From: Candidatus Bathyarchaeota archaeon
Lineage (GTDB): Archaea > Thermoproteota > Bathyarchaeia > 40CM-2-53-6
Assembly: GCA_963833125.1 (NCBI GenBank)
Contig: CAWHWX010000016.1
Location: 455,622 to 519,621 of the forward strand
Length of the DNA stretch: 64,000 nt
Reading direction: 5' to 3'
The notes under the pieces were generated by a model, which saw only the letters and a list, made by a program, of their open reading frames with translations, ran no database searches and had not been told where the DNA came from. The position numbers were made by a program, and so were the translations under genes. Positions 30,779 to 41,982 of this stretch are shown piece by piece (position 1 is the stretch's first letter; every line of letters starts with the position of its first letter).

Positions 30779-33405
30779 TTGGCGAACGGCGAGGACGCTT
30801 GAAAGCTTTTTCACGGAACCGGCCCCTGTCCTCAAGCAGACTGCCAAACCGGTGCCTAAGCGGCAAGCTCTTCTCTTCAACCCCTCAACTCCATCAACCA
30901 TTCCCCCTTCATACCTGGTTTCCATTGGTTATGATGGAGATTTGAGGAAATGTTTCCTTCGCCTTTACGAGCCTAAATCTCATAAAATCTACTTTTGGTT
31001 TGACCAGTCCGGCCACAAACCCTACTGCTTCAGCAAGCAGACTATCCCGGAACTCCAAAAGATTCGCGATATCTCTCAAAACTTTGGTTTTGATCACTTC
31101 GAAGAAGGAGAAAGGTTCGACGCCCTACGGGGTGAAACCACGAAAGTAACGAAGATTGTAGCCAAGGATCCGTTGACGATCGGTGGAAAACCGACTGGTT
31201 CAATTCGGGACGTCATTACGGCGTGGGAGGCGGATATCAAGTACGTCGAGAACTACATCTACGATCAGGGCATCGAACCTGGAATGATGTACGAAGTCAA
31301 AAACAATCAGCTATCGTTGGTTGAATATCGACTGCCGGAACAAGCGTCGAAAGATATTGAGGAACTATTTCGAGACGATTCTGTGGAATATCGGGAGTTG
31401 GCACGAGAGTGGATGAGGTTACTTGAGTGTCCCGTACCGGAGTATCGCAGAGCTGCTATTGACATAGAGGTAATGCAGGCGGTTGAAACCCGCGTCCCCG
31501 ACCCCGAGCTTGCGGAACAAAAAGTCATATGCGCAAGCCTCGCCGGTTCTGACGGCAACAACAGAATCCTACTTCTACGTCGAGAAGGGGATCGCGGATG
31601 GGAATGCGCAGCTCCCTCCGAACGCGAGTATGGAGTTCTTCGACACAGAGGAAGACCTTCTAACCTCACTTTTCCTTACATTGCTCGACTACCCGATCAT
31701 CGTAACCTTCAACGGCGACGATTTCGACCTCAAATACCTTTACCATCGCGCGCAGAGGTTGGGCTTCAAGAACGAGGAAATACCGATCGAGCTTGGCCGT
31801 GACGTCGCATTTCTGAAATACGGGGTTCACGTGGACCTATACAAATTCTTCTTCAACCGTTCCATCCAAATCTACGCTTTCGGACAGAAGTACCGGGAGA
31901 ATACGCTTGACGCCGTCGGTGAGGCGCTAATCAATACAGCCAAGGTAGAGATCGAAAGAAAAGGATTCTTCACGAAAGCGCCGTACAGCGACTTGGGCGT
32001 CTATTGTTACCGTGACTCTGAGATCGTCCTCCAACTAACCTCCTTCGACGACGACCTCGTGATGAAGCTGATGACGGCGCTCTCGCGCATCAGCTACATG
32101 ACCTTGGACGATGTATCAAGGCAGGGAGTATCTGGGTGGATAAGGAGCATCATGTTCTGCTACCACCGAAGGCACCGGTACCTAATCCCTAGGCGGGATG
32201 AGATCCTTGAGGTCAAGGGTCAGACAGCGACTGAGGCGGTCATTAAGGGAAAGAAGTACAAAGGGGCTATAGTCGTCGAACCGAAGCCTGGAGTACACTT
32301 CAATGTAGCTGTATTGGACTTCGCATCTCTATACCCTTCCATAATTAAGGTGTGGAACTTAGGCTACGAAACCGTACGCTGCCCACATAAGGATGAGAAC
32401 TGCAGAAAAAACCTCGTCCCCGGAACTCCACACTGGGTGTGCAAGAAAAAGCGAGGTATGGAAAGTTTGCTCATAGGCTCGCTAAGAGATCTAAGGGTAA
32501 ATCGCTATAAAGTAAGATCCAAGGATCGCACCCTGCCGCCCACCGTAAAGAGCTGGTACAAAGTCGTCTCAGACGCAACCAAAGTTGTACTCAACGCCAG
32601 CTACGGGGTCTTCGGAGCAGATAACTTCGCTCTGTATTGTCCGCCTGTTGCTGAGGCGACGGCGGCGATTGGTAGGCATGTGATAACGCGGGCGCTTCAG
32701 AAAGCACAGGACTTGAACCTCGAAGTGTTCTACGGTGACACTGACTCGATTTTTCTTGGGGCGGGTGATGTGGGCGCGTTGAATAAGTTGATCGACTGGT
32801 CAACGAGCGAGTTGAAAATGGAGCTTGAGATCGATAAGACTTATCGATACCTGGCTTTGAGTTCTAGAAAGAAAAATTACTTCGGAGTATTGCCTGACGG
32901 AAACGTGGACATCAAGGGGTTAACTGGGAAGAAGAGGCACATCCCCGAATTCTTGCACAGCGCCTTCTACCAAATGGTCTCCACTTTGAGCCAGGTCAAA
33001 ACACCTGAAGACATTGATGCGGCAAAGGCGAGGATTACAGAGATCGTTCGAGAATGCTATGTGAAACTGCGAAACAAAGAATACGCGCTCGGTGACCTGG
33101 CGTTCTCAATGATGATGAGTCGGATGCCTGAGAATTACACGAAAACCACTCCCCAACACGTCAAAGCGGCGAGGCAACTGCAGAAGGCCGGAACGGAGAT
33201 GAAGCCGGGGGACATAGTTTCATTCGTGAAGGTTCGCGGAGAACCCAGCGTCAAACCAGTACAATTAGCTAGGTTGGAGGAAGTTGATAGCGAAAAATAC
33301 ATTGAATACATCCGCGGCACATTCGAACAGGTACTGGACTCATTGGGTGTTGAGTGGGAAGATCTGGCTGGCGTAAAGAAACTCGAATCCTTCTTCTCAG
33401 GGTAG
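30779..33405 (+). CDS. polB1: Family B DNA polymerase, PolB1 type; frameshifts at ~30786 and ~31588
   Basis: GHKPYC, WEADIKY, AIDIEV, FNGDDFD, DFASLYPSII, NASYGVFG, YGDTDS, C-terminal PIP-like LESFF. Confidence 0.93.
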
Positions 33406-33410
33406 GGAAC

Positions 33411-34157
33411 ATGATTCAGATAATTGGACTACGCAAGCTGCCGCTGATCAAAGAAGGAGACAACGTGGCCGACCATATTGTCAAAGCCGCAAGAGAGGAG
33501 CATGTAGAGATTGTCGGCGGTGACGTCATAGTGATTGCTCAGAAGATAATCTCCAAGGCTGAGGGAGGAGTCGTGCACCTCAAATCCGTAACTCCCTCAC
33601 CGAAGGCGGAGGAGATCGCGAAAATTAGTGACAAGGACCCAAGGCACGTGGAGGTTATACTGCGAGAGAGTGCAAAAGTTATTCGATCCCGCGGTCCACA
33701 CTTAATCGTTGAAACTCGACATGGTTTCGTTTGCGCAAACGCGGGCGTGGATAAATCAAACGTTGAAGATCCCGACACAATAACCGTGTTACCCATCGAT
33801 GGGGATAAGTCGGCACGTGAGATAAGACGGAAGATTCGAGACCTCACCGGCGCTGACGTGGGAGTCATTATTTCTGATACTTTCGGGCGTGCCTGGAGGA
33901 TTGGACAGGTGAACGTGGCGATTGGCGTCGACGGGTTGAGGCCGATAGTCGATTACCGAGGGCAGAAGGACATGTTCGGGTACGTCCTGAATGTTACGCA
34001 GATGGCTCTGGCAGATGAGTTGGCATCGGCAGCCGAGTTGGTGATGAAGAAGAGTGACGGCGTTCCCGTGGCAATCGTTAGGGGTTGCGATTACACGTCA
34101 GGCAAAGGATCCGCACGCGATCTGATCCGACCAGAGCAAGAGGATTTATTCCGGTAG
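33411..34157 (+). CDS. cofE: Coenzyme F420-0:L-glutamate ligase
   Basis: KIISKAEG, CANAGVDKSN, ISDTFGRAWR, ADELASAA, EDLFR. Confidence 0.92.
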   Translation: MIQIIGLRKLPLIKEGDNVADHIVKAAREEHVEIVGGDVIVIAQKIISKAEGGVVHLKSVTPSPKAEEIAKISDKDPRHVEVILRESAKVIRSRGPHLIVETRHGFVCANAGVDKSNVEDPDTITVLPIDGDKSAREIRRKIRDLTGADVGVIISDTFGRAWRIGQVNVAIGVDGLRPIVDYRGQKDMFGYVLNVTQMALADELASAAELVMKKSDGVPVAIVRGCDYTSGKGSARDLIRPEQEDLFR

Positions 34158-34302
34158 AACTGAGAGACGGGATGAATCTCATAGACGAATTGATTTCGCA
34201 TACCAAACTGCGGTTCGTGACTAACTCGATTGAAAGGTCAGTCCATCGCTCAAATCAGTATGAGAAAGGGGCCGGCGTCGCAACCTTAAGTATTCCAAGT
34301 CG

Positions 34303-35034
34303 TTGAGTCTAGAGAAATCGGTGTTCGTTGTGGAGCCAGTCAAACCCCCAGTCCCAGTCCAAGTCAATGACGTACTATCGTTTGCGAGGTTAGCCTTGGG
34401 CTTGACGGAAGGTTCACAGATCTTATGGTACTTCAAACATGAAGGGAAACATATTCTCGGGTTATTTACCGCCTACATGTATTGGGAGGGCGATATTCCA
34501 ATTCTAGCGTATACCGAATCCGAGGCCCCACCGAAAGCATTTCTTGCGTACCGAAGTGATGGCGTTAAGGGTGAGGAGTGGATGTTCACAGAGGATGCGG
34601 GAGATACAAGATATCGGTATGCTTCATTCGTGGAGTTGAAGAAGACGCCCGACGCATTCAAGGAAGCTTTGAATGGGAAATATCCAAGCTTAACCGAGCC
34701 CATGCTCGCCGAAGTTGAAGACATAAAATCAATCGCAAGAATCCTGCTTCCCCTCTCACTCCGAGAAGGAACCCTCTTCCCACTCTGGCATTTCACTAGA
34801 GGTAAAAATCATATTCTTGGAACCTGCATACCGTTCGAACACTACTATGAAGCAGACGCATTACCTGTATTTTTCTACGTCTCGCTGAGCGAAGCACTCA
34901 AGGACGGTTTCGTAAAATACATAGCAGTAAAGCCCACCGGCGAGAAAGTTGAGTATGTGAATAACACGAGCGATGCGAAATATTTCTATGCGAAAATTAT
35001 TGGCATAAAGGATATGCCGATATTTCCCAAATAG
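34303..35034 (+). CDS. Hypothetical protein made of two tandem copies of a ~120-aa domain
   Basis: LWYFKHEGKHILG...PILAY versus LWHFTRGKNHILG...PVFFY; DTRYRYA versus DAKYFYA. Confidence 0.75.
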   Translation: MSLEKSVFVVEPVKPPVPVQVNDVLSFARLALGLTEGSQILWYFKHEGKHILGLFTAYMYWEGDIPILAYTESEAPPKAFLAYRSDGVKGEEWMFTEDAGDTRYRYASFVELKKTPDAFKEALNGKYPSLTEPMLAEVEDIKSIARILLPLSLREGTLFPLWHFTRGKNHILGTCIPFEHYYEADALPVFFYVSLSEALKDGFVKYIAVKPTGEKVEYVNNTSDAKYFYAKIIGIKDMPIFPK

Positions 35035-35209
35035 GTCGCCTCAATCGGCCCAGCCGTAGCAGATACGGTTGGCGTAGGTGTTTCTGTGAAGGATGGGGGC
35101 ACCTAGTTTTCTATGGCACGAAGATTGTGGGTGGTTTGCCGTGCGATAGTGTGCTCGTGGTATGGGTAGCTTTTTACCGTCCAGCGTCGATGACGTTGAG
35201 GCGTTGGAA

Positions 35210-35963
35210 GTGTCTTTTGAAGAGAAAATTCTGAGGGCCGCGCAGAAGAATGGGACGAGAACTGTTCTTGCTTTGGATTTGGAAGACTCGGACGCCTCGC
35301 GGCTCCTTGAGAGGAGCAGAGGCGTGCTTCAGAGTGTCGGGGAGTTGATTTGTGGGGTCAAGATTAACCGACAGCTTGGCATGGCGCTGGGGTTGACCAC
35401 GGTGGCGGATTCCATAGTCAAGCTCGCGAACGACTTCTCTCTGCCAACCATAATGGATGCTAAGCTGAATGATGTTGGGCATACGAATGGGTTTATCGCA
35501 CGCACCTACTTCGACATGGGCTTCGATGCGATAATAGCCAGCCCTGTGGCAGGATGGGAGAATGGCCTGGACACAGTTTTCGAAGCAGCCCAGTCGCGGG
35601 GGAAGGGTGTGCTGTTGCTCACCTACATGAGCAACCCAGGCGCCGAAACCTTCTACTCACTAATGGCTCAACAACCGGATGGACATGGGAAACCAGTCTT
35701 CGAGATTCTCACCGACCTAGCCGTAAAGTGGAAGGCTCAAGGCGTTATCGTGGGCGCAACTCAGCCTCGGGTGATTTCACGTGTCAGGCAGCTCGCTGGG
35801 CCCAACCTACCCATATACAGCCCCGGCGTTGGCACTCAAGGCGGAGATCCAAACGCTGCCTTGGATGCCGGCGCCACGTACCTAATCGTAGGCCGTTCGA
35901 TCTACAATTCTCCAGAACCCAGCGAAGGCAGCAATGGAATTCAGACATCCCCGTGCAAGCTGA
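35210..35963 (+). CDS. pyrF: Orotidine 5'-phosphate decarboxylase; probable frameshift near the 3' end
   Basis: DAKLNDVGHT, MSNPG, VGAT, SPGVGTQGG, IVGRSIY. Confidence 0.92.
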
Positions 35964-36130
35964 GTAGCACTCCTGCAACCAGTAGAATACCATTCGGCGT
36001 TGGCTGAGCGCGGCCTCACTCGAACGGTGCGAGAACAGGAGAAGGCAAGGGAACGACATTCCTTGGAATATGTCTACTCCAAGACCAAGGCTTTTATTCG
36101 GCTGGTATGTAGGCGGTAGGGTGATTTCTT

Positions 36131-36466
36131 ATGGGCGGCGCTAAAAAGAAAAGCCTAGCACAAATGGAAAAACAGCAGGGCCAGCAAGACGACGGGAAAA
36201 AACCTGAACCTGCAAAGAAAAGCAAAGGTAAGACGGTTGCTGAGAAGAAAGGCCCAGGGGGCATAGGTCTCCCGAATTTCGATGATCCGAAATTCAGCGG
36301 CGATATTTCAAAACTCGGCGCCTTAACACCATACGCAATCGCTACCCAATTCAACGTTAGACTAAGCGTCGCCAGAGACATACTGGAAGAGCTGGAACGC
36401 CGCAGGTTAGTGAAGCCTGTAGGCGGGAACGCGCGAATTAAGATCTACAAGCTCGCCGCTGCCTAA
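36131..36466 (+). CDS. rps25e: Ribosomal protein eS25
   Basis: MGGAKKKSLAQMEK..., LTPYAIA...VRLSVARDILEEL. Confidence 0.92.
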   Translation: MGGAKKKSLAQMEKQQGQQDDGKKPEPAKKSKGKTVAEKKGPGGIGLPNFDDPKFSGDISKLGALTPYAIATQFNVRLSVARDILEELERRRLVKPVGGNARIKIYKLAAA

Positions 36467-36879
36467 ACTTTCTCTACACGTATCTTCGTTCCGCTTTTCA
36501 AGGAGCGGAACAATTCAAGGTTCGACGTAATCTTCCCTACAATATTGACTGGACTGTACGGGATGGTTGGACCGTAAAAGACGCATAGTGCAGATCCCAT
36601 TGGCCAATAAGCCATCGCCCCAACCTCAACCCTATCCTTCGCCTTCTCAGTTCCCATTTTGACCGGGGTTTCGAAGTAAATCTCCTCCCTCCACCTAGCA
36701 GCCCTACCTTCGAAAGGCAATGCGTTTGCGAGGTTGTCAACAGTCATGGGGCTCTGAAACCGGACCAGTTCACCCTCAGCTTCACCATAAGGCTCCGCTA
36801 TCAACCGAACCTTGTAACGCGTTACGTCTGGTTCGGTGGGTTTCGTTTCCGATGGTTGCACTGCTGGTTCGCTGGACAA
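36463..36879 (-). CDS. Cyclophilin-like fold protein (TM1367/DUF369-like)
   Basis: ALPFEG...W.EEIYFETPV, AYWPMGSALCVFYGPT, SPVNIVGK. Confidence 0.85.
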   Translation of the reverse strand: MSSEPAVQPSETKPTEPDVTRYKVRLIAEPYGEAEGELVRFQSPMTVDNLANALPFEGRAARWREEIYFETPVKMGTEKAKDRVEVGAMAYWPMGSALCVFYGPTIPYSPVNIVGKITSNLELFRSLKSGTKIRVEKV

Positions 36880-37026
36880 ATGTTCCTACTTCCACCATTT
36901 GTTGGTCCACTGGGGTGTTAAAAGCCGTGCGTAGACGTCAGCTCGCTTCTGAATCACTGGCATCGATAGTTTTCTGACGCAAAGAATAACTATCCTACGC
37001 CTCTAGCCCAAACGACGTGTTAAGAA

Positions 37027-38367
37027 TTGACCAATCGAGTTCGCACTGTCATAATGGGTGCAGCGGGAAGAGACTTTCACAACTTCAACGTCTACTTCCG
37101 GACCAACCAAGAGTATGAAGTCGTGGCCTTTACCGCAACCCAAATTCCTGGAATCGAAGGCCGCACTTACCCTCCTAAACTGTCGGGACAACTCTACCCC
37201 AAAGGAGTGCCAATTCTACCAGAAACGGATCTCGCCAAAATTATCAAGGAAAAGAACGTTGACCTCGTCATCCTAGCATACAGTGATCTAGCCTATGACG
37301 ATGTGATGCACAAGGCCTCGCTCGTGCTGGCCTGCGGCGCGGACTTTCGTTTGATGGGCCCGAAAACGACGATGCTCAAATCGAAGCTGCCCATGATCTC
37401 CGTTTGCGGTGTGCGGACTGGAGTTGGTAAGAGCACGGTTTCTCGATCCGTCTCCAGATCGCTGAAGAAGAATTTTGGACGTGTGGTGGTTATCCGTCAC
37501 CCGATGCCTTACGGAATACTGTCGGACGAGGTCTGCGAGCGGTTCGCCACGTATGATGACTTGAAGCGATATGAGTGTACGATTGAAGAGCGGGAAGAAT
37601 ACGAGCCGCACATCGACATAGGCAACGTCGTCTACGCCGGAGTGGATTACGAGCAAATTCTACACGAGGCCGAAAAGGAGGCGGATGTCATTCTGTGGGA
37701 CGGCGGAAACAATGATATCCCCTTCTACAAGCCGGACCTGCAGATCGTCGTCGTTGACCCACTTCGACCCGGTCACGAGCTTCTATACTACCCCGGCGAA
37801 GCCAACCTCAGGATGGCGGATGTTGTCGTGATAAACAAGGTTGACAGCGCCTCTCCCGAGAACGTTGAGATCGTTCGCAAGAACGTGAAACTGGCGAGAC
37901 CAGAAGCGAAGATTGTTGAAGCGGCTTCTGAGATTAAGGTGGACGATGAGAAGCTGATTCGTGGTAAGCGGGTTGTTGCGATCGAGGACGGGCCAACGGT
38001 TACGCATGGTGGGATGAAGGAGGGGGTCGGGGCGATTGCAGCCCGAAAGTTCGGCGCCAAAGAACTCGTGGATCCGAAGCCGTACGCTGTCGGTTCGATC
38101 AAACGCACCTATGAAAAGTACCCGCACCTCGGCCAAGTGTTGCCCGCGATGGGGTATGGAGAGAAACAGGTTCGGGAGCTGGAGCAAACGATTGCAGCAA
38201 TTGATTGCGATTTGCTAGTTATGGGAACCCCAATCGACTTACGACGAATAATGAAGCTTCCTAAGCCAGCAGTGCGTGTCCGGTACGAGATTCGAGAAAC
38301 CACGAAACCTACTCTGGAAGAAATTCTACGGGCGCTCCCAATCCTAGTAGCACAGAAATCACGTTAA
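37027..38367 (+). CDS. cDPG-synthetase-like P-loop NTPase (COG2403 family; candidate arginine synthetase)
   Basis: MGAAGRDFHNFN, RTGVGKST, RHPMPYG, EEREEYEPH, WDGGNND, EDGPTVTHGGM. Confidence 0.88.
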   Translation: MTNRVRTVIMGAAGRDFHNFNVYFRTNQEYEVVAFTATQIPGIEGRTYPPKLSGQLYPKGVPILPETDLAKIIKEKNVDLVILAYSDLAYDDVMHKASLVLACGADFRLMGPKTTMLKSKLPMISVCGVRTGVGKSTVSRSVSRSLKKNFGRVVVIRHPMPYGILSDEVCERFATYDDLKRYECTIEEREEYEPHIDIGNVVYAGVDYEQILHEAEKEADVILWDGGNNDIPFYKPDLQIVVVDPLRPGHELLYYPGEANLRMADVVVINKVDSASPENVEIVRKNVKLARPEAKIVEAASEIKVDDEKLIRGKRVVAIEDGPTVTHGGMKEGVGAIAARKFGAKELVDPKPYAVGSIKRTYEKYPHLGQVLPAMGYGEKQVRELEQTIAAIDCDLLVMGTPIDLRRIMKLPKPAVRVRYEIRETTKPTLEEILRALPILVAQKSR

Positions 38368-39478
38368 CACACGCTTCAACGTATCGAAGACGTAGTCCAA
38401 CTCCTGCTCCCCGAGCTTAGGGTGCACTGGTAGGGAGAAGACCTGCCTACATGCCTTCTCCGTTTCCGGTAAGGGTCGGTGGGATGTTGAGCGTTCGCGG
38501 TATAGTGGGAGCAGATGTAAGGGCGACTCGTAGTAGACCGCGGCTTCAATGTTCCTAGACCTCATTTTCTCAATCACTTTGTTTCGCTTCCCCGCATTTC
38601 GCGCCTCGAAGTCGGAGCGTAAAGAGGTACCATGCGTGCTTGCGCCCTTCAGGTTCTTTCGGAGAAACCACTTTACCCAGCATGCCAACCTTTTCGCTGA
38701 GGAACTGCGCATTATTCCTACGCCGTTCTAGGAATGAAGGTAGTTTTTTCAGCTGAGCTGAGCCGATGGCTGCCAACAATTCAGTCATACGGTAATTGTT
38801 CCCAATGGAAACCGGCCAGTAAGGCCGCTGTTCACCATGCGACCTGAGCATTCGCAACCTTTCCGAGTAATCATCATCATTCGTAGTAACCATCCCCCCT
38901 TCCCCCGTCGTCATGTTCTTACCCGCGTAGAAACTAAAGCACGACATATCTCCAATCGACCCAATGCGTGCTCCTTTATACTCAGCTCCATGAGCCTGCG
39001 CAGCATCCTCAATCAACGCCACTCCGCGCTCCCTCGCCACCTTCTTCATGGGATCAAGGTCGGCTGGAAGGCCGTAGATGTGAACCGGCATAATCGCCTT
39101 AGTGTTCCGAGTCATCGCGGCCTCCACCGTTTCGGCAGTAACCGTGTAAGTGTCAGGGTCAATGTCGGCGAAAACAGGTTCGGCACCGGTCATTAGTACA
39201 ACTTCGGCAGTTGCGTGGAAAGTAAACGAGGGAATGATGACCTCATCCCCAGCCTTAACCCCAGCAACCAGCAGCGCACAGTGTAACGCCGCAGTTCCAG
39301 TGTTCACGGCAACAGCATGCTTAGCCCCTACATACTTCGCATAGTCCTTCTCAAACTCCAGAACCCTGGGTCCCATCCCACTCTTCTCAGTAAGAATTCC
39401 ACTCTTCAAAACCTCGGTCGCAGCATCAATCTCCTCCTTCCCAATCATCGGCTGATTAATTCGAATAATGTCCCGCAC
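38359..39478 (-). CDS. DegT/DnrJ/EryC1/StrS PLP-dependent aminotransferase; frameshift at ~38598
   Basis: GTAALH, IEDAAQAHGA, SFYAGKNMTTGEGG, SLPVHP. Confidence 0.93.
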
Positions 39479-40056
39479 AAAAAATCGACTTTGAACTAAG
39501 TTCGCTCTCTAGAGGGTGTTCATCTAAAAGTGTTTCTAGATGAAAATCGTGGAGAATGAAATGGATGGTGCAGGGTGAACTTCTCGAAGGCCGTCGGATG
39601 TGAACTGTTGAGAAGTCTCCGCGGAGGTTTTCTTCTTGGAGTGATCGGAACGAGTGCGTCACGAACAGTTACGCTGGAAGTTGGCTTTGCTCTTTCCACT
39701 GTGCATTCTGGGACGGGGTTTTCGTGTGCTCGGTACGCGATGGCCGAAGCTTGTTCGCCCACAACTTCTCCTGCGCCTTCCAACTCTGGATCCGGTTGGA
39801 TTGAAACTGGCATCGCCCTCGACCCCTGATCCTCTAGCACCTCGACTCGAAATTTGTAAGTAGCTTATTGTCTCAGGTAGCAAAAAACGGCCTTAACAGA
39901 AAAAAGTCGACCAAGGTAAAAGAGCACATCCAACCGACGAGAAGCTGCCGTTACCGAAATTGCCTTCTGTTTCTATGAATTTGTTACTTTTAGTAAAATT
40001 TATATGAAATCAGTTTCCTTGCTGGGTTTAGTTGTTCATAGCGGAGGCTTTGAGAG

Positions 40057-41703
40057 CTGTCTAGGAATATTGGTGGTCAGCAGACGATTATTCTGAAAGA
40101 GGGGACGTCTAGGTCTGAGGGCCGTGACGCCACACACTCAAACATTACCGCGGCATTAGTCGTCGCGGAATCCATTCGATCCTCCCTGGGACCCAAGGGT
40201 ATGGATAAGATGTTGGTGGATGGTTTTGGGGATGTGACGATCAGTAATGATGGTGCCACGATTCTTGATGAGATGGAAGTTCAGCACCCCGCGGCTAAGA
40301 TGTTGGTTGAGGTCGCCAAGACTCAGGACGATGAGGTTGGCGACGGGACAACTACGGCGGTTGTTCTGGCAGGGGAACTCTTGACGAAAGCCCTAGCTCT
40401 GATCGACAAAGACGTTCACCCGACCGTGGTCGTTGACGGTTATCAGATAGCGACCGGAAAGGCGCTAGAATACCTTCGCAAACTCGCAATCAAAGTAAAC
40501 CCGAACGATAAAGGAATGCTGAAGAAAGTCGCGAAGACCGCCCTAGCGAGCAAACTCCTCTCCGACTACAAAGACTTCATCGCAGACATGGCGGTACGTG
40601 CGGTTATGGAAGTTGCCGAGAAATCGAGAACGGGGTACAAGGCGGACGTCGAGGATATCAAAGTTGAGAAGAAGCCTGGCGCCGCGTTAACCGATACCGT
40701 TCTGATTCAAGGGGTACTCCTCGACAAGGAGGTCGTACACCCAGGCATGCCAAAACGAGTCGAGAAGGCAAAGATTGCTCTCATCAACTGTCCACTAGAG
40801 GTTGAGAAGCCTGAGTTTGATGCGAAACTGAACATCCAGAACCCGGACCAGATGAAGGGTTTCCTGGATGAGGAAGAGAAGATCTTGCGGGATATGGTGA
40901 ACAAGATCGCTGATAGCGGCGCCAATGTTGCTGTTTGCGAGAAGGGCATTGATGACGTGGCCCAACATTTCATGGCGAAGAAAGGTATCCTCGCCGTTCG
41001 ACGTGTAAAACAGTCTGACATGGAGAAACTGGTCAAAGCGACTGGAGGACGGATACTAAGTCAGCTCGAAGGGCTGAAACCATCCGACTTAGGGCAAGCC
41101 GGCCTCGTTGAGGAGAGAAAGGTTTCTGATGACAAGATGACTTTCGTTGAGGGTTGCAAGAACCCGAAGGCGGTCAGCATCCTCGTGCGCGGAGGCACAG
41201 AACGCGTAGTGGATGAAGCTGAACGTGCAATTCACGATGCGTTATGCGTTGTTCGGGATGTCGTCGTTGAGCCTTTCGTCGTTGCAGGTGGAGGATCTAC
41301 TGAGGCTGAGGTTTCGCGAATGGTCAGGGCCTACAGCCAGAAACTCTCGGGCAAGGAACAGTTAGCCGTTCAAGCATTCGCTGACGCGCTCGAGATTATA
41401 CCGCTGTCGCTGGCAGAGAATGGGGGGATGGATCCGATTGATTCGCTGATGGCTGTAAGGGCGAAACACCAATCAAAGGCTAAGTGGGTAGGCATCGATC
41501 CGATCGGGGGGAAGGTTGCGGATTTGGCGAAACTCGAAGTTTATGAGCCCCTTGCGGTAAAGGTGCAGGCTCTGAAATCCGCCAGCGAAGCGGCGTGCAT
41601 GATCTTGAAGATCGACGACGTCATCGCGGCGTCTAAATCGAAGGAAAGCGGAGCACCAAAGGGGCCAGAAAGTGGTAAAGAAGAAGGAGAAGGCGAGTCC
41701 TAG
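40057..41703 (+). CDS. ths: Thermosome (group II chaperonin) subunit; apparent CTG start
   Basis: IILKEGTSR...SLGPKGMDKML, GDGTTT; in-frame TGA at 40051; SD GGAGG at 40043. Confidence 0.96.
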   Translation: MSRNIGGQQTIILKEGTSRSEGRDATHSNITAALVVAESIRSSLGPKGMDKMLVDGFGDVTISNDGATILDEMEVQHPAAKMLVEVAKTQDDEVGDGTTTAVVLAGELLTKALALIDKDVHPTVVVDGYQIATGKALEYLRKLAIKVNPNDKGMLKKVAKTALASKLLSDYKDFIADMAVRAVMEVAEKSRTGYKADVEDIKVEKKPGAALTDTVLIQGVLLDKEVVHPGMPKRVEKAKIALINCPLEVEKPEFDAKLNIQNPDQMKGFLDEEEKILRDMVNKIADSGANVAVCEKGIDDVAQHFMAKKGILAVRRVKQSDMEKLVKATGGRILSQLEGLKPSDLGQAGLVEERKVSDDKMTFVEGCKNPKAVSILVRGGTERVVDEAERAIHDALCVVRDVVVEPFVVAGGGSTEAEVSRMVRAYSQKLSGKEQLAVQAFADALEIIPLSLAENGGMDPIDSLMAVRAKHQSKAKWVGIDPIGGKVADLAKLEVYEPLAVKVQALKSASEAACMILKIDDVIAASKSKESGAPKGPESGKEEGEGES

Positions 41704-41974
41704 AAGAGCATCGGTCCAACTGATCGGCCCCAAGAAACTTACACGTTTCGAACGAGCTAGGGTCGTGGGTGCGAGAGCCCTGCAAATTTCGATGGGCGCC
41801 CCCGTATTGCTCGACGTTCCCGAATCGTTAAAGTCGCCGATCGAACTTGCCGAGCTTGAACTTCAGGAAGAGGCCCTTCCAATCAGTATACGAAGATCGT
41901 TGCCTGACGGTACGAGCATGAACATCCCGCTCACCACGCTTCTTGAAGGCGAGAGAGAAGAAGCCGGATACTAA
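41672..41974 (+). CDS. rpoK: RNA polymerase subunit Rpo6 (K/omega)
   Basis: LTRFERARVVGARALQISMGAP...LPISIRRSLPDG; GTG start overlaps the thermosome 3' end. Confidence 0.95.
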   Translation: MVKKKEKASPRRASVQLIGPKKLTRFERARVVGARALQISMGAPVLLDVPESLKSPIELAELELQEEALPISIRRSLPDGTSMNIPLTTLLEGEREEAGY

Positions 41975-41982
41975 ACCGGAGA

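Noticed and set aside
39520-39883. Short overlapping ORFs between the DegT-family gene and the thermosome
   Set aside because: No recognisable motifs and conflicting frames; cannot support any as a gene
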